Assembly: GCA_030950485.1 (NCBI GenBank)
Contig: JAUZRK010000005.1
Span: 4,449 to 68,448, forward strand
Direction of reading: 5' to 3'
Source of the DNA: Candidatus Dojkabacteria bacterium
GTDB taxonomy: Bacteria > Patescibacteriota > Dojkabacteria > J137
DNA: 64,000 nucleotides
The notes beneath the pieces are model-generated. The model was not told where the DNA came from. It did not search any database and worked only from the letters and a program-made list of their open reading frames with translations. Positions 20,089-29,267 of this stretch are shown piece by piece. The translations under genes were made by a program, and so were the position numbers. Each line of letters opens with the position of its first letter. Positions within the stretch are counted from its first letter, which is position 1.

Positions 20089-20847
20089 CTACATATCCAT
20101 TATTTCAATTTTCTCAATTACAGCTCCTTTAGGAAGTTTATCAACTACATCTCGGCCAGAAATCACTTGTCCGAAAATAGTATATAAAGGAGGTAGTTGT
20201 CCATCCTCCAACATAATAAAGAACTGACTTCCGTTTGTATTAGGTCCTGAATTAGCCATAGCTAATGCTCCTTTTTTATAATCTATCACATCCATTGGTT
20301 GTCCATACTGATCCATTACCTGAGTTCTAGGGTATTTATCAACCGGGATAAATTCATCTTCAAATTGATATCCTGGTCCTCCTGATCCAGTTCCAGTTGG
20401 ATCACCTCCTTGAATTACAAATCTTTCCACTCTTCTATGAAAAATCAAACCATCGTAAAAGTCTTCATTAGCTAGAAAAACATGATTACTAACAGCAATA
20501 GGCGCTAAATCGGCATATAACTCTAGTTCGATTACACCTTCGCTTGTTGTAATAACAGATTTCTTATTCTTTATCTCACTATCTGCTAAAACACCAGGTG
20601 ATTTAGGGTACATATTTGCTTTAGAACTTGTTCCTTTATCTGACATATTTGAATTATTAAAATCTAGATTATCTAAAGAAGAAGTATCGTCTCCTTCATA
20701 TACTGTAATATTATCACTTAATTCAACATTTTCTGTGATTTCTTCATCAGAAGTATCTTCATTAGTAAATTTATCATATGCTACAACTGAGAAAAAAACT
20801 ATAACAGCTGCAGTTAATGTTCCAGCAGTGTACGTGTATTTATTCAT
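20089..20847 (-). CDS. ppiB: Cyclophilin-type peptidyl-prolyl cis-trans isomerase with N-terminal membrane anchor/signal
   Basis: 'FHRRVERFVIQGGDPTGTGSGGPGYQFEDEF', '...GALAMANSGPNTNGSQFFI', and an N-terminal TM segment. Confidence 0.85.
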   Translation of the reverse strand: MNKYTYTAGTLTAAVIVFFSVVAYDKFTNEDTSDEEITENVELSDNITVYEGDDTSSLDNLDFNNSNMSDKGTSSKANMYPKSPGVLADSEIKNKKSVITTSEGVIELELYADLAPIAVSNHVFLANEDFYDGLIFHRRVERFVIQGGDPTGTGSGGPGYQFEDEFIPVDKYPRTQVMDQYGQPMDVIDYKKGALAMANSGPNTNGSQFFIMLEDGQLPPLYTIFGQVISGRDVVDKLPKGAVIEKIEIMDM

Positions 20848-20925
20848 AACTCTTTTTAAAATATTAGACTAGGTATTATAAATAAGGATTAGTTAACTTA
20901 CAAACAAGGAATGTTATTATGTTTT

Positions 20926-21546
20926 TTATAATAAGTTATGCTTTCCGACAACCATCTCTAATTTAACCAGTGAATGGAGCTTAGATTCAAAAAGTTCTGC
21001 TTTATATTGATTCGAAGTTCCAATATAAATTTTATTAATTTTAGTAGCTGCATCAAACTCTCCAAGCGCTGAATCTAAAAAAAGTAAAGCTATTTGCTTT
21101 ACTTCATTATCTATTTTTCTAATTTCATTAATGTAAATATTGACGTTAATGAGATTTGTTTTAAAATCAGGATAGTACGTAAAAAAGACATCCTCACAAG
21201 TTAGAATTGTCTTATTCATTTTAAATCTCAACTTCTTTATATCTTTTTTTTGTCTAAAAGCCTTTATATTCCAGCCTTCAATTGATATAGGTGATTCTTC
21301 TACAACTCTTATAACATCTTCAAATGCGTCAACTAAGCCATCTGCACTTATTACCAACTGATTATCTTCGCTATTCTTGGTGAAATTTAATTCGAATATT
21401 AACTTGTCATTAATTTTCTGGAGCTTCTGTTTCAAAGAGTTAATTAAAGAGTAGTCATCTTCTTTTAATCCACCCAGTAATTTACTATTACCTGCAAACC
21501 AGGTCCAAAAATCATTAATCCTTTTTTCCTTTAAATTTAAAAGCAT
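20926..21546 (-). CDS. Hypothetical protein, 206 aa
   Basis: ORF track. Contains 'FWTWF' but no named motif. Confidence 0.4.
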   Translation of the reverse strand: MLLNLKEKRINDFWTWFAGNSKLLGGLKEDDYSLINSLKQKLQKINDKLIFELNFTKNSEDNQLVISADGLVDAFEDVIRVVEESPISIEGWNIKAFRQKKDIKKLRFKMNKTILTCEDVFFTYYPDFKTNLINVNIYINEIRKIDNEVKQIALLFLDSALGEFDAATKINKIYIGTSNQYKAELFESKLHSLVKLEMVVGKHNLL

Positions 21547-21553
21547 TTACGTT

Positions 21554-22150
21554 ATGTTTTTAAGGGTGATATTATTTAATAATACTAAATTTTTCGAAAT
21601 GATAGAAGAGAAAAATCAAAAAGATCTAAAAGACATATTCTTATCTATTGAATATCAAGAAAAAAATGAATTAGAAATCAGTGAGAATATATTAATAAAA
21701 ACTCTTAAAAGATCACCAGACTCAATAGAGGCAAAGATTAGATTGGGTTTAATAGAAAGTAGTCTAGATAAAAAAGATACAGCTAAATTTCTTTTCAATT
21801 CTATAAGTGTTGAAGAATGGAACTTAGAGTTATTTCTGTTTGAAAAATTATTAGCAAATAAAAGTTCAAAAAAGAAAGTGTTGAAAATTATTAAAGAAGC
21901 AGAGAAGAATAAGATAACATACTTATCTAGACTGTATTATATGGCTGCTACAATAATGCTAGATCATAATGATTCAAAAGCTTACGTGTTTGCAAGAAAG
22001 GCTTTAATTAATACTCAGAATCAGGAATTTTTCGAAGAATATGATAAGCTATATATAAAATCCATTAAAAGACAGGAAGTAGACTGGAGATTCTTTTTCA
22101 TAATCTTAGGATTTACAATATTTTTTCTAATTATTAAATTGTTATTATAG
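21554..22150 (+). CDS. Hypothetical TPR-like protein with C-terminal TM helix
   Basis: Helical repeat character, C-terminal hydrophobic stretch FFFIILGFTIFFLIIKLLL. Confidence 0.4.
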   Translation: MFLRVILFNNTKFFEMIEEKNQKDLKDIFLSIEYQEKNELEISENILIKTLKRSPDSIEAKIRLGLIESSLDKKDTAKFLFNSISVEEWNLELFLFEKLLANKSSKKKVLKIIKEAEKNKITYLSRLYYMAATIMLDHNDSKAYVFARKALINTQNQEFFEEYDKLYIKSIKRQEVDWRFFFIILGFTIFFLIIKLLL

Positions 22151-22154
22151 AACC

Positions 22155-22661
22155 ATGACTTTTGAAGATATAAACTTTGATGCAGAAAGAGAATATTTAA
22201 AAGCAGTAGAAGCCTTAGAAGCTGGAAAATGGAGTAGTGCTTTTGAGGTATTAATTGATATTACGAAAAATTATCCAGAGTTTGCAAAGGGTTATTATTC
22301 ATTAGGATGGCTCTTCTTTCATAAACTTGGAAATCATAGACTAGCTTTAAAAATGTATAACAAATGTTTAGAGCTTGATATTGAATCAATTAAATTTCAA
22401 CATTCGTTTATACATGTGTTGATTGTAATGAAAGAATTTAAAACACTAAAAACTATATTAACTAGTGCGGAAAAATTACCTGGAATAGATTTATCAATAA
22501 TCTTTGATGCATATGGCCAGATGTATGAGTTACAAGGAGATTTTGATAAGGCTTTAGAATACTATAAGAAATCTTTAGAGTTAGATATAAATAATGGCGC
22601 GGTGGAACATTTTAATGACGCTGTAAAAAGATGTAATAGAAAGCAAGAGATATTAACTTAG
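22155..22661 (+). CDS. Tetratricopeptide-repeat protein
   Basis: TPR-like repeats 'AKGYYSLGWLFFHKLGNHRLALKMYNKCLELD' and 'GDFDKALEYYKKSLELD'. Confidence 0.55.
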   Translation: MTFEDINFDAEREYLKAVEALEAGKWSSAFEVLIDITKNYPEFAKGYYSLGWLFFHKLGNHRLALKMYNKCLELDIESIKFQHSFIHVLIVMKEFKTLKTILTSAEKLPGIDLSIIFDAYGQMYELQGDFDKALEYYKKSLELDINNGAVEHFNDAVKRCNRKQEILT

Positions 22662-23707
22662 TCTCTAGTCCTTCTTTCTCTTTTTAAAACCTTAGTAACC
22701 AGTTGACCACAAGCTGCATCTACGTCATCACCCATAGTTACTCTAATCGTAAAATTAATTCCGTTATCTTCTAAAATCCCTGTAAATCTTTTTATATTTT
22801 CTTTTGGAGATCTCTTATAGTCCTCCCCTCTAACTGGATTGAATGGAATTAAATTAACATGATGTAATCTATTCTTCATTAAATCAACTAGCTCTCTTGC
22901 GCTTTCTGCTGTATCAGTCTTATCTTTAATCATTATGTATTCATAACTAACTCTTTTGTTTGTAAGTTCTACATAGTTATCAAGTGTTCGCATTAATTCA
23001 TCTAATTCAAACTTTTCGGCTACCGGCATAAGTTCTGCTCGCAGTTTTTGATTAGGCGCATGTAAACTTATAGCTAGCCTTCCTCTAAATCCAGATTCAA
23101 ATAGCTGGTTCATTTGGGGAATAAATCCTGAAGTAGAAATCGTTATCCTTCTTGTACTCATTCCATATTTATCTTCGTCAGTAAATACATCAATTGATTC
23201 AAGAACGCTTTTTAAATTAAGCATTGGTTCTCCCATTCCCATAAAAACTATATTTGTAACTTTTTGGTCTTCTAAATCCAATTTCTTTAGGTACCTAGAT
23301 GCCCAAAGTACTTGATCTACAATTTCTCTTGCGTCTAAATTCCCGTTAAAGCCCATCTTCCCTGTTGCACAAAATCTACAATTAACAGGACATCCAACCA
23401 TACAACTTACGCATACAGTATTTCTACCATCTCTATGACGCATCAATACAGTTTCTATTAATTTCCCATCTTTTTTCCTTTTGAATAAAGCCTTAATTGT
23501 ATCTTCTCTTTTAGAGACGATAACTCGGGCTTCCTCTAACGTAAAAAATTCTACTTCTTCTTTAATCTTCTCTCTAAGATCTTTAGACCACGTAGTAATA
23601 TCATCAAAACTAAAAGCTATATCTTTATAAATAGCTTGGTTAAATTGATTTTCTCTAAATTTTGGAAGCTTATTTTTTTCTACAAATTCTTTTATCATTT
23701 TATTCAA
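22658..23707 (-). CDS. rlmN: Radical-SAM dual-specificity rRNA/tRNA m2A methyltransferase RlmN
   Basis: 'CVSCMVGCPVNCRFCATG' (CxxxCxxC), 'FMGMGEPMLN', and a conserved C-terminal Cys in 'VDAACGQL'. Confidence 0.85.
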   Translation of the reverse strand: MNKMIKEFVEKNKLPKFRENQFNQAIYKDIAFSFDDITTWSKDLREKIKEEVEFFTLEEARVIVSKREDTIKALFKRKKDGKLIETVLMRHRDGRNTVCVSCMVGCPVNCRFCATGKMGFNGNLDAREIVDQVLWASRYLKKLDLEDQKVTNIVFMGMGEPMLNLKSVLESIDVFTDEDKYGMSTRRITISTSGFIPQMNQLFESGFRGRLAISLHAPNQKLRAELMPVAEKFELDELMRTLDNYVELTNKRVSYEYIMIKDKTDTAESARELVDLMKNRLHHVNLIPFNPVRGEDYKRSPKENIKRFTGILEDNGINFTIRVTMGDDVDAACGQLVTKVLKRERRTRD

Positions 23708-23815
23708 ATATTCAACTAATTATAGCAACATAGTAAGTATTTATCCTATATGTAAGAAATTTTAGAAATGTCTGCTATAATCTGGCGTTACAAAATTTAT
23801 TATTTTTTTTATATA

Positions 23816-24320
23816 TGGCAGATTCATTTGAAGAAACACAGACCCCTGCAGAAGTATTAGATGTTAAAAGTAAAATGCTCCTGTAGTAGTAGGAGAGTTC
23901 AGAAGAGAGTTTAATAACAGTAGAGAAGATGCTGGTGCTAAAGATTTACCTAAGATTAATGTAATGCGTGAACCATATAGTAAGTATGAAGAAGCTCATA
24001 AAGAGATTTATACAATTTATAATGGTGCTAGAGAAAAATATGTAAATGCTGCAGGCCTTGTCAGAAATGGTTTAAGTGAAAAAAAATGGGAATTTAGCTA
24101 TTACAAACCATTCTGATATGAGATTTATGCTTACTGAGTGTATTAATGAATACAAAAAGTCTGGATTTCCAAAAACTGCTGGAGAACTTGATAATATGCA
24201 AACTAGAGTTGCTTTAATTAGTTTTAATAATCTTGTAGATTGAAAAGATGAGTTAATAGGAGTTACAGAGGGTAGAGATGTTTTAGAAAACGAGCTCACT
24301 GAACCAGAAGCTTTAATCTA
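23816..24320 (+). pseudogene. Decayed gene relic: four collinear ORF pieces in three frames separated by stops
   Basis: Manual translation gives MADSFEETQTPAEVLDVKSKMLL*, then APVVVGEFRREF…SYYKPF*, then DMRFMLTECINEYKKSGFPKTAGELDNMQTRVALISFNNLVD*, then KDELIGVTEGRDVLENELTEPEALI*, consecutive on the plus strand. Confidence 0.4.
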
Positions 24321-24370
24321 GTTTAAAACTAATATTTAAGGTTTAACTAAGCTTGTTATATAAATACAAG

Positions 24371-24403
24371 AAATTAAAAGAGGATCTTAAAATAAGATCC
24401 TCT
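24371..24403. terminator. Bidirectional hairpin terminator
   Basis: Perfect palindrome AAAAGAGGATCTT-AAAAT-AAGATCCTCTTTT between the plus-strand relic and the minus-strand gene ending at 24425. Confidence 0.45.
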
Positions 24404-24424
24404 TTTGATATTTATTACAGAAAC

Positions 24425-24991
24425 TTAATATCCAAAGATATCAAAAGTTGCAGTACAAACCTCAACTTCCTCAACACTACAAGTTACATCAGCTTGATCG
24501 CTTACTGAAGAAGTCTCAATTACACAAGACGCATCTCCTGTAGACAGTGGTAGAGCATCAAATCTAATTCGACCACTAAAATCTACTGAAGTCCAATCTT
24601 CACTATAGCTTCCATCTTCAGTTTTAACTATATTTTCAGAATCATAAACTAAATCTGTAGGGAAGCCTTGATCCATACAATTACCAACCCCGTTCTCAAA
24701 AGTAAAGTAAGCGTAAACATCAGCAGCATCCATTATTCCCAATCCTATTTCAGAAAATGCAACTGGTCCCTCCATAGCTACTACAGCATCTTCTTCGATT
24801 TCATCAATATCAGAATCTGCAGATTCGCTCTCACTTTCTTCTTCATTTTCTACATCGTTTTCTTCTCTTTCTTCTTGCTGAGTTTCATCTTCATTCTTAT
24901 CTTTATCGTCTGAATCACTCATTAAAAAATAACCTCCAACCGCAACTACGGCAAGTATTAATACTGAAACTAAAGCTAATTGTTTAGACAT
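24425..24991 (-). CDS. Membrane-anchored/secreted acidic protein with Cys-containing C-terminal domain
   Basis: N-terminal TM (LALVSVLILAVVAVGGYFL), a D/E-rich linker, and a C-terminal about 110-aa domain. Confidence 0.5.
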   Translation of the reverse strand: MSKQLALVSVLILAVVAVGGYFLMSDSDDKDKNEDETQQEEREENDVENEEESESESADSDIDEIEEDAVVAMEGPVAFSEIGLGIMDAADVYAYFTFENGVGNCMDQGFPTDLVYDSENIVKTEDGSYSEDWTSVDFSGRIRFDALPLSTGDASCVIETSSVSDQADVTCSVEEVEVCTATFDIFGY

Positions 24992-25182
24992 AAATTCAAA
25001 TTAAAATATAATATATAGAAATTTAACATAGTGAAAACTACATTAAAATTATCCACAGATATTTTAAGGTAATGGTAATTACTAGTTGCCTATAATTCTA
25101 TCGGCAATATCAGAAGCTCTATCTCTTAAATTATCAGGTAAAGACTATCTATAGTGGACTTAATTGTATAATTTTAGCCAGC

Positions 25183-25481
25183 CTACATTTCTTTATATAT
25201 CTCATAATCACCATTATAATCTTCTACCATATATCCATTTCTTTGATAAAAGCTTTTAGCTGCCTCTATATTCTCTGAACTAATTGTCCCAGATATCTCA
25301 GAAATACCTCTTCTTCTAGTTGCTGTAACATCTGTGTTCCAAATCCTCTACCTCTAGAATCAGGGTTAACAGTAATTTGTGTTAACCTACAACTAGGTGG
25401 AGAATTATAAGTAGGATCAGCTTCCTCATAAAAACCCCTTATATACCCATGTTTATAATTTAGTTTAAATTGCTGTCTCAT
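25183..25481 (-). pseudogene. GNAT N-acetyltransferase remnant: N-terminally truncated and frameshifted
   Basis: GNAT motif A 'RGRGFGTQMLQQLEEEV' lies in the 25266-25481 ORF. The C-terminal piece '…SENIEAAKSFYQRNGYMVEDYNGDYEIYKEM*' is in another frame, ending at 25183. In total under 100 codons. Confidence 0.5.
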
Positions 25482-25594
25482 ATTTTTAAATAAAGTGGTT
25501 GTGGATTATATCATAGGCGCTGAATACAGGCATCTTAATGAGTATGACTTTACTAGAATTCAACTAGAGTATAGTAAGGTTTATCTAGATTGCA

Positions 25595-25800
25595 ATTCCC
25601 AATCATTTGCTTGCTTTGTGTATCTTGTTGTCTTTAATGCGTGTCTCTCTAGTCGCAAACCTACATCATAGGTTTGTCCTACGTAATATCTGTCAATTTC
25701 TTTGGAGTAAAGTATATATACAAAATACATTGCCTTTTTTTTGAAGTGTAATAAATGGTGAGCGCTGAGGGATTCGAACCCCCGACCCTTTCGGTGTAAA
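25595..25800. repeat. Direct repeat copy 1 (about 206 bp, roughly 95% identical to 25935-26140): 3' half of tRNA-Val plus the first about 48 codons of the GIY-YIG gene
   Basis: My by-eye alignment of the two segments shows only scattered substitutions. Confidence 0.8.
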
Positions 25801-25843
25801 TCCCGAAGGCTTTCGGGACTCTAGTCAGCTGAGCTTTGAATTA
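25756..25843 (-). pseudogene. Degenerate tRNA-Val copy: intact 3' half (anticodon loop through CCA), hairpin insertion, non-pairing 5' acceptor strand
   Basis: The 3' half is identical to tRNA-Val(TAC). The 5' part reads AATTCAAAGCTCAGCTGACTAGAGTCCCGAAAGCCTTCGGGA, so the acceptor stem cannot form. Confidence 0.5.
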
Positions 25844-26072
25844 GAAATTCTATATAGCTTCTGCTTTTTTTCTTTTTAATCTCTTTCTCTCTTTTCATTG
25901 CCTCAGATCTTGTTTTATATTCTTCCGTATATTTTAATTCCCAATCGTTTGCTTGCTTTGTATACCTTGTTGTCTTTAATGCGTGTCTCTCTAGTCGCAA
26001 ACCTACATCATAGGTTTGTCCTACGTAATCTCTGTCAATTTCTTTGGAGTAGAGTATATATACAAAGTACAT
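25821..26072 (-). CDS. Small GIY-YIG domain nuclease (83 aa)
   Basis: 'MYFVYILYSKEIDRDYVGQTYDVGLRLERH' matches the GIY-X10-YIG…R…H core. Starts about 25 nt after the tRNA-Val 3' end. Its last about 9 codons read through tRNA D-arm-derived sequence. Confidence 0.65.
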   Translation of the reverse strand: MYFVYILYSKEIDRDYVGQTYDVGLRLERHALKTTRYTKQANDWELKYTEEYKTRSEAMKREKEIKKKKSRSYIEFLIQSSAD

Positions 26073-26140
26073 TGCCTTTTTTTTGAAGTGTAATAAATGG
26101 TGAGCGCTGAGGGATTCGAACCCCCGACCCTTTCGGTGTA
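25935..26140. repeat. Direct repeat copy 2, embedded in the intact tRNA-Val / GIY-YIG unit
   Basis: See copy 1. The offset between copies is 340 bp. Confidence 0.8.
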
Positions 26141-26174
26141 AACGAAATGCTCTAGCCAGCTGAGCTAAGCGCTC
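26098..26174 (-). tRNA. tRNA-Val (anticodon TAC), CCA encoded
   Basis: I folded the cloverleaf by hand. Acceptor GAGCGCT/AGCGCTC, D-arm GCTCAGCTGGCTAGAGC, anticodon stem TTTCG/CGAAA with loop TTTACAC, T-arm GGGGG-TTCGAAT-CCCTC. Confidence 0.85.
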
Positions 26175-26411
26175 TCAAATACCATTTATTTTAAAGAACT
26201 TAAGAATTATACAACAAGATTAGTTTCTATACAAAGCTTTTATAAATTTGATTCTATAACTCAATACAGATTGCATTATCCTAAATTACTTAAGACCCTT
26301 ATCAATGGGCTTAATTTAAAAATTAACTAGATACGTCTTCTAAATATTAGAATGATTGTGAATAGTCACGGGTGCACGAATTGTAAATGCATATATTCAT
26401 TATTATCTCAC

Positions 26412-26669
26412 TTATAATAAGTAGCTTGAAAATAGTGATAAAAGAATTACTACTCCAAGTATCCTACGAAAGTAATTTACACCACTGACTAATTCCATCA
26501 GTGCCCATATTAATAAAAAAGTGTTGGAGATAATAAATAGCTCAGTTTGTTTTGAGTTAAACAATGGAGATATTATTACTAGTCTTACTATTCCCCAGCC
26601 AATTATAGGCCAGTTAGGAAATTGAGCAATTACAATCTTTCCATTTTTATCCCTAAAGAGCCTATCCAT
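26412..26669 (-). CDS. Small integral membrane protein, 85 aa
   Basis: Two to three hydrophobic helices; ORF track. Confidence 0.4.
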   Translation of the reverse strand: MDRLFRDKNGKIVIAQFPNWPIIGWGIVRLVIISPLFNSKQTELFIISNTFLLIWALMELVSGVNYFRRILGVVILLSLFSSYLL

Positions 26670-27358
26670 TAAATTGCAGTAAAGCTTTCGGCAGATTTAA
26701 ACAGATTAGAGATATTTTCACTACCAGTTTTTGCTTTAATCTCAACTATATATGCAGAGTCAGAGTTAAATTTAACAAAATATCTTATATATCTACCTCT
26801 GATATCATTATCAATAAAGTTAGCTTCAAATAGACAAGCTTCACTTCCATTTAAATCTATGTATTTATCATTTCTAATATCAAAAGTATCATAAGCTACC
26901 GAGACTTGAGTAATTATTTCTTCTGAAAGCGAGCTACAAGTACTTCTGGATAGAGACCTTGAACCTGGAAGAGAAGTGATTGTTATACTTTCAGAAAGGT
27001 CTGCATCGCTATCTGCTAATATTTGAACTCTGTCTCCAATTTTAATTTCCCAATTATCTAAATAGTAAATTTTATATTTTCTATTCTTATATGTTTCATA
27101 CCCTATATAATCCTCATCTGAAGTTGCAATGGATTCTTCAAATTTATAATTATATTCAATTTCAAGATCGTCAGCTACATCAATATTTTCTTCATCTTTC
27201 ACGCAGGGGCCATAATCTTGTGCAAATGGACCATGATAAATACAATCACCGCCACTATACAAATAACCAAATGCTACGAATCTAGCAAACAAAAAGCAAG
27301 ATGTTGCAATTATTAGAATAAAAATTCCTTTTAATATTAAAGATAAAACATTTTCCAT
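26669..27358 (-). CDS. Membrane-anchored hypothetical protein with acidic linker
   Basis: N-terminal TM (ILKGIFILIIATSCFLFARFVAF) and a D/E-rich segment. Architecture is similar to 24425-24991 and 27443-28222. Confidence 0.5.
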   Translation of the reverse strand: MENVLSLILKGIFILIIATSCFLFARFVAFGYLYSGGDCIYHGPFAQDYGPCVKDEENIDVADDLEIEYNYKFEESIATSDEDYIGYETYKNRKYKIYYLDNWEIKIGDRVQILADSDADLSESITITSLPGSRSLSRSTCSSLSEEIITQVSVAYDTFDIRNDKYIDLNGSEACLFEANFIDNDIRGRYIRYFVKFNSDSAYIVEIKAKTGSENISNLFKSAESFTAI

Positions 27359-27442
27359 AGATTTATATTATCTCATTAGGGCAAATAAGAAAAGAAAGAA
27401 GGAGCAATAATTGCTCCTTCTTTCTTAATTTTGAATGACTAC

Positions 27443-28222
27443 TTATTTTAAGCTAAAAGAAGATTGAACCTTCTCTCCAGCTTTTAAATTATCTCCTTTT
27501 GATCCAGTGTTAGATAGAGTTACTGAATATGCAACATCATCGTTTGCTACTGAAATAATATCTGTATTAATTGTTACAAAGAAAGAAATACTTGCACTAA
27601 ACTGACAAGCTTTATCTCCTCCAACTTTAATTTCTTTAGCATCACTTGTTTCAATTCCTAAATCGAAATCATCTTCAGATATATCAAATGTCTTATCTAA
27701 GAAGTCTTGACAATTACCTTCTAGGATCATGTCTTTATCTTCATCTTTTAGTTTCTGAATATTTACTGTAACAGTGTCATCAAGATCACTGAAATCAATA
27801 TCTGCAGGATCTGTATTTTCTAAAGCCTCTATTTGAGCTGTTGGTTGTAAACTTAACGACTCTTCTCCTGCTGTATCGTCATATTCCCATTCTTTAGGAT
27901 ATCCTATTTCGTATTCTGCAGTTTCGTAAACCTCATATCCATCTGGAATTCCTCCTTCTGAATCTTCACTATCGTCTCCTCCAAAAGCGAAGAAACTAAC
28001 AGCAATAACTAGTATTAAGACTACAAGTGCACTTACAACTCCGATAATCATAGTTGTATTATTATCTTTAACTGTAATCTTCTTTGTATCAACTACTTCA
28101 ACTTTTTCTGATTTTTCTTTAGTATCAGTCTCTTTAGCTTTTGTGGCTTTTTTTTCTTTAGCTTCAGCCATATAAATATATTGGTAATAATTAAATTTAA
28201 AATATGTAACACAATATATCAT
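27443..28222 (-). CDS. Membrane-anchored hypothetical protein with K/E-rich N-terminus and acidic linker
   Basis: TM 'MIIGVVSALVVLILVIAVSFFAF' followed by GGDDSEDSEGG and an about 170-aa C-terminal domain. Confidence 0.5.
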   Translation of the reverse strand: MIYCVTYFKFNYYQYIYMAEAKEKKATKAKETDTKEKSEKVEVVDTKKITVKDNNTTMIIGVVSALVVLILVIAVSFFAFGGDDSEDSEGGIPDGYEVYETAEYEIGYPKEWEYDDTAGEESLSLQPTAQIEALENTDPADIDFSDLDDTVTVNIQKLKDEDKDMILEGNCQDFLDKTFDISEDDFDLGIETSDAKEIKVGGDKACQFSASISFFVTINTDIISVANDDVAYSVTLSNTGSKGDNLKAGEKVQSSFSLK

Positions 28223-28272
28223 TAATACATTGTGAGCGCTATAAATTTAGTTTATCTTGAGTATTATAAAAA

Positions 28273-28350
28273 TGGTGCCGAGGGGCGGACTCGAACCGCC
28301 GACACCCCGCTCTTCAGGCGAGTGCTCTACCAGCTGAGCTACCTCAGCAC
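28273..28350 (-). tRNA. tRNA-Phe (anticodon GAA), CCA encoded
   Basis: Hand-folded. Acceptor GTGCTGA/TCGGCAC, anticodon stem CTCGC/GCGGG with loop CTGAAGA, T-loop TTCGAGT. Confidence 0.85.
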
Positions 28351-28533
28351 ATTTTTAAGTAAGCAAAACGATTATAATATAATTTTATTAAATATACTAA
28401 TAAAACTTTCTTCTTAATATAGAGAGATCAAGTATCAGACAGAGTAGTATGAGTATTTGCATGTTAAAGTATATCTATATTAGTATGCATTTATACTAAA
28501 TGGATAAATAAAAACTATAAAATATCAAACTGT

Positions 28534-29085
28534 TTATTTAAATCTATACAACTTAGGTGGTCTATAAGAAACCCCCTCTAAAAGCTCCCCTGTATCTTCA
28601 AGTAAATCTAATGATTTTAATAACCTATGAAAATTCCCCTTCTCTATATCGTAATTTACTAACGATTTATAGATATCAAACATAGACTCAATAGTAAATT
28701 TCTTTCCTATAAAAGCTTCATAATATTGTTTATCAAATTCAGAGTAGTGTTTTACTAAGTTTGATCTAGTAAGTCTTTCAAGCCCCTTACTAAATTTATG
28801 TATACTTCTAAATAACCTTGGATTTATATCAGTCTGTTCAATAGGTATTAACGAATAATAGTATAGAGATAGAGAAGCATTATCTGTTTCCTTAACTGAA
28901 ACAAACTCTGGACTTAGTAATTTTTTTGAAGATTGAGCATCTTTTAAAAAACTATTAAGACTTATTTTCAAACTAGCATCAATTGAATTGTTTATTTCAA
29001 TCTTATTTTCTTCTGATATATAGAAAGAGTTAAAAACCTTATCGTAAGTTATTATAAACAGACTTATCGTTACATCAAATTTCAT
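28534..29085 (-). CDS. Hypothetical protein, 183 aa
   Basis: ORF track; no motif recognised. Confidence 0.4.
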   Translation of the reverse strand: MKFDVTISLFIITYDKVFNSFYISEENKIEINNSIDASLKISLNSFLKDAQSSKKLLSPEFVSVKETDNASLSLYYYSLIPIEQTDINPRLFRSIHKFSKGLERLTRSNLVKHYSEFDKQYYEAFIGKKFTIESMFDIYKSLVNYDIEKGNFHRLLKSLDLLEDTGELLEGVSYRPPKLYRFK

Positions 29086-29267
29086 ATTAGGTTTAATTCA
29101 TTAAGTATATTAGTGAATTATACACCTAATTGTTTGTTTAATAAAAAGCTAGTTTAAAAAAGGATTATCCAAATTCTCATTTGTATCATCGTCTTCGTTC
29201 TTTGCCAAAGCTGACAAGAACATAAAAGGAGCTGATGTTGTAAATATGACTAATATTACAGCGGCCT

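Noticed and set aside
24072-24299. 75-aa minus-strand ORF from the track
   Set aside because: It is antisense to the plus-strand gene relic and has no motif or start context. Most likely spurious in AT-rich sequence.
23816-24320. Possible alternative genetic code (TGA recoded as Gly or Trp, as in some candidate-phylum lineages) explaining in-frame TGAs at 3596 and in the 23816-24320 relic
   Set aside because: TGA ends real genes here (SpoU at 9617, the ThrRS-like gene at 37144-37146, and 10364-10786, where TGA is followed by TAA). All long ORFs are continuous under the standard code. The relic pieces are also in different frames, which recoding cannot fix.
28232-28417. 61-aa plus-strand ORF from the track
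   Set aside because: It overlaps tRNA-Phe (28273-28350) on the opposite strand; its 'protein' is a translation of the tRNA sequence.
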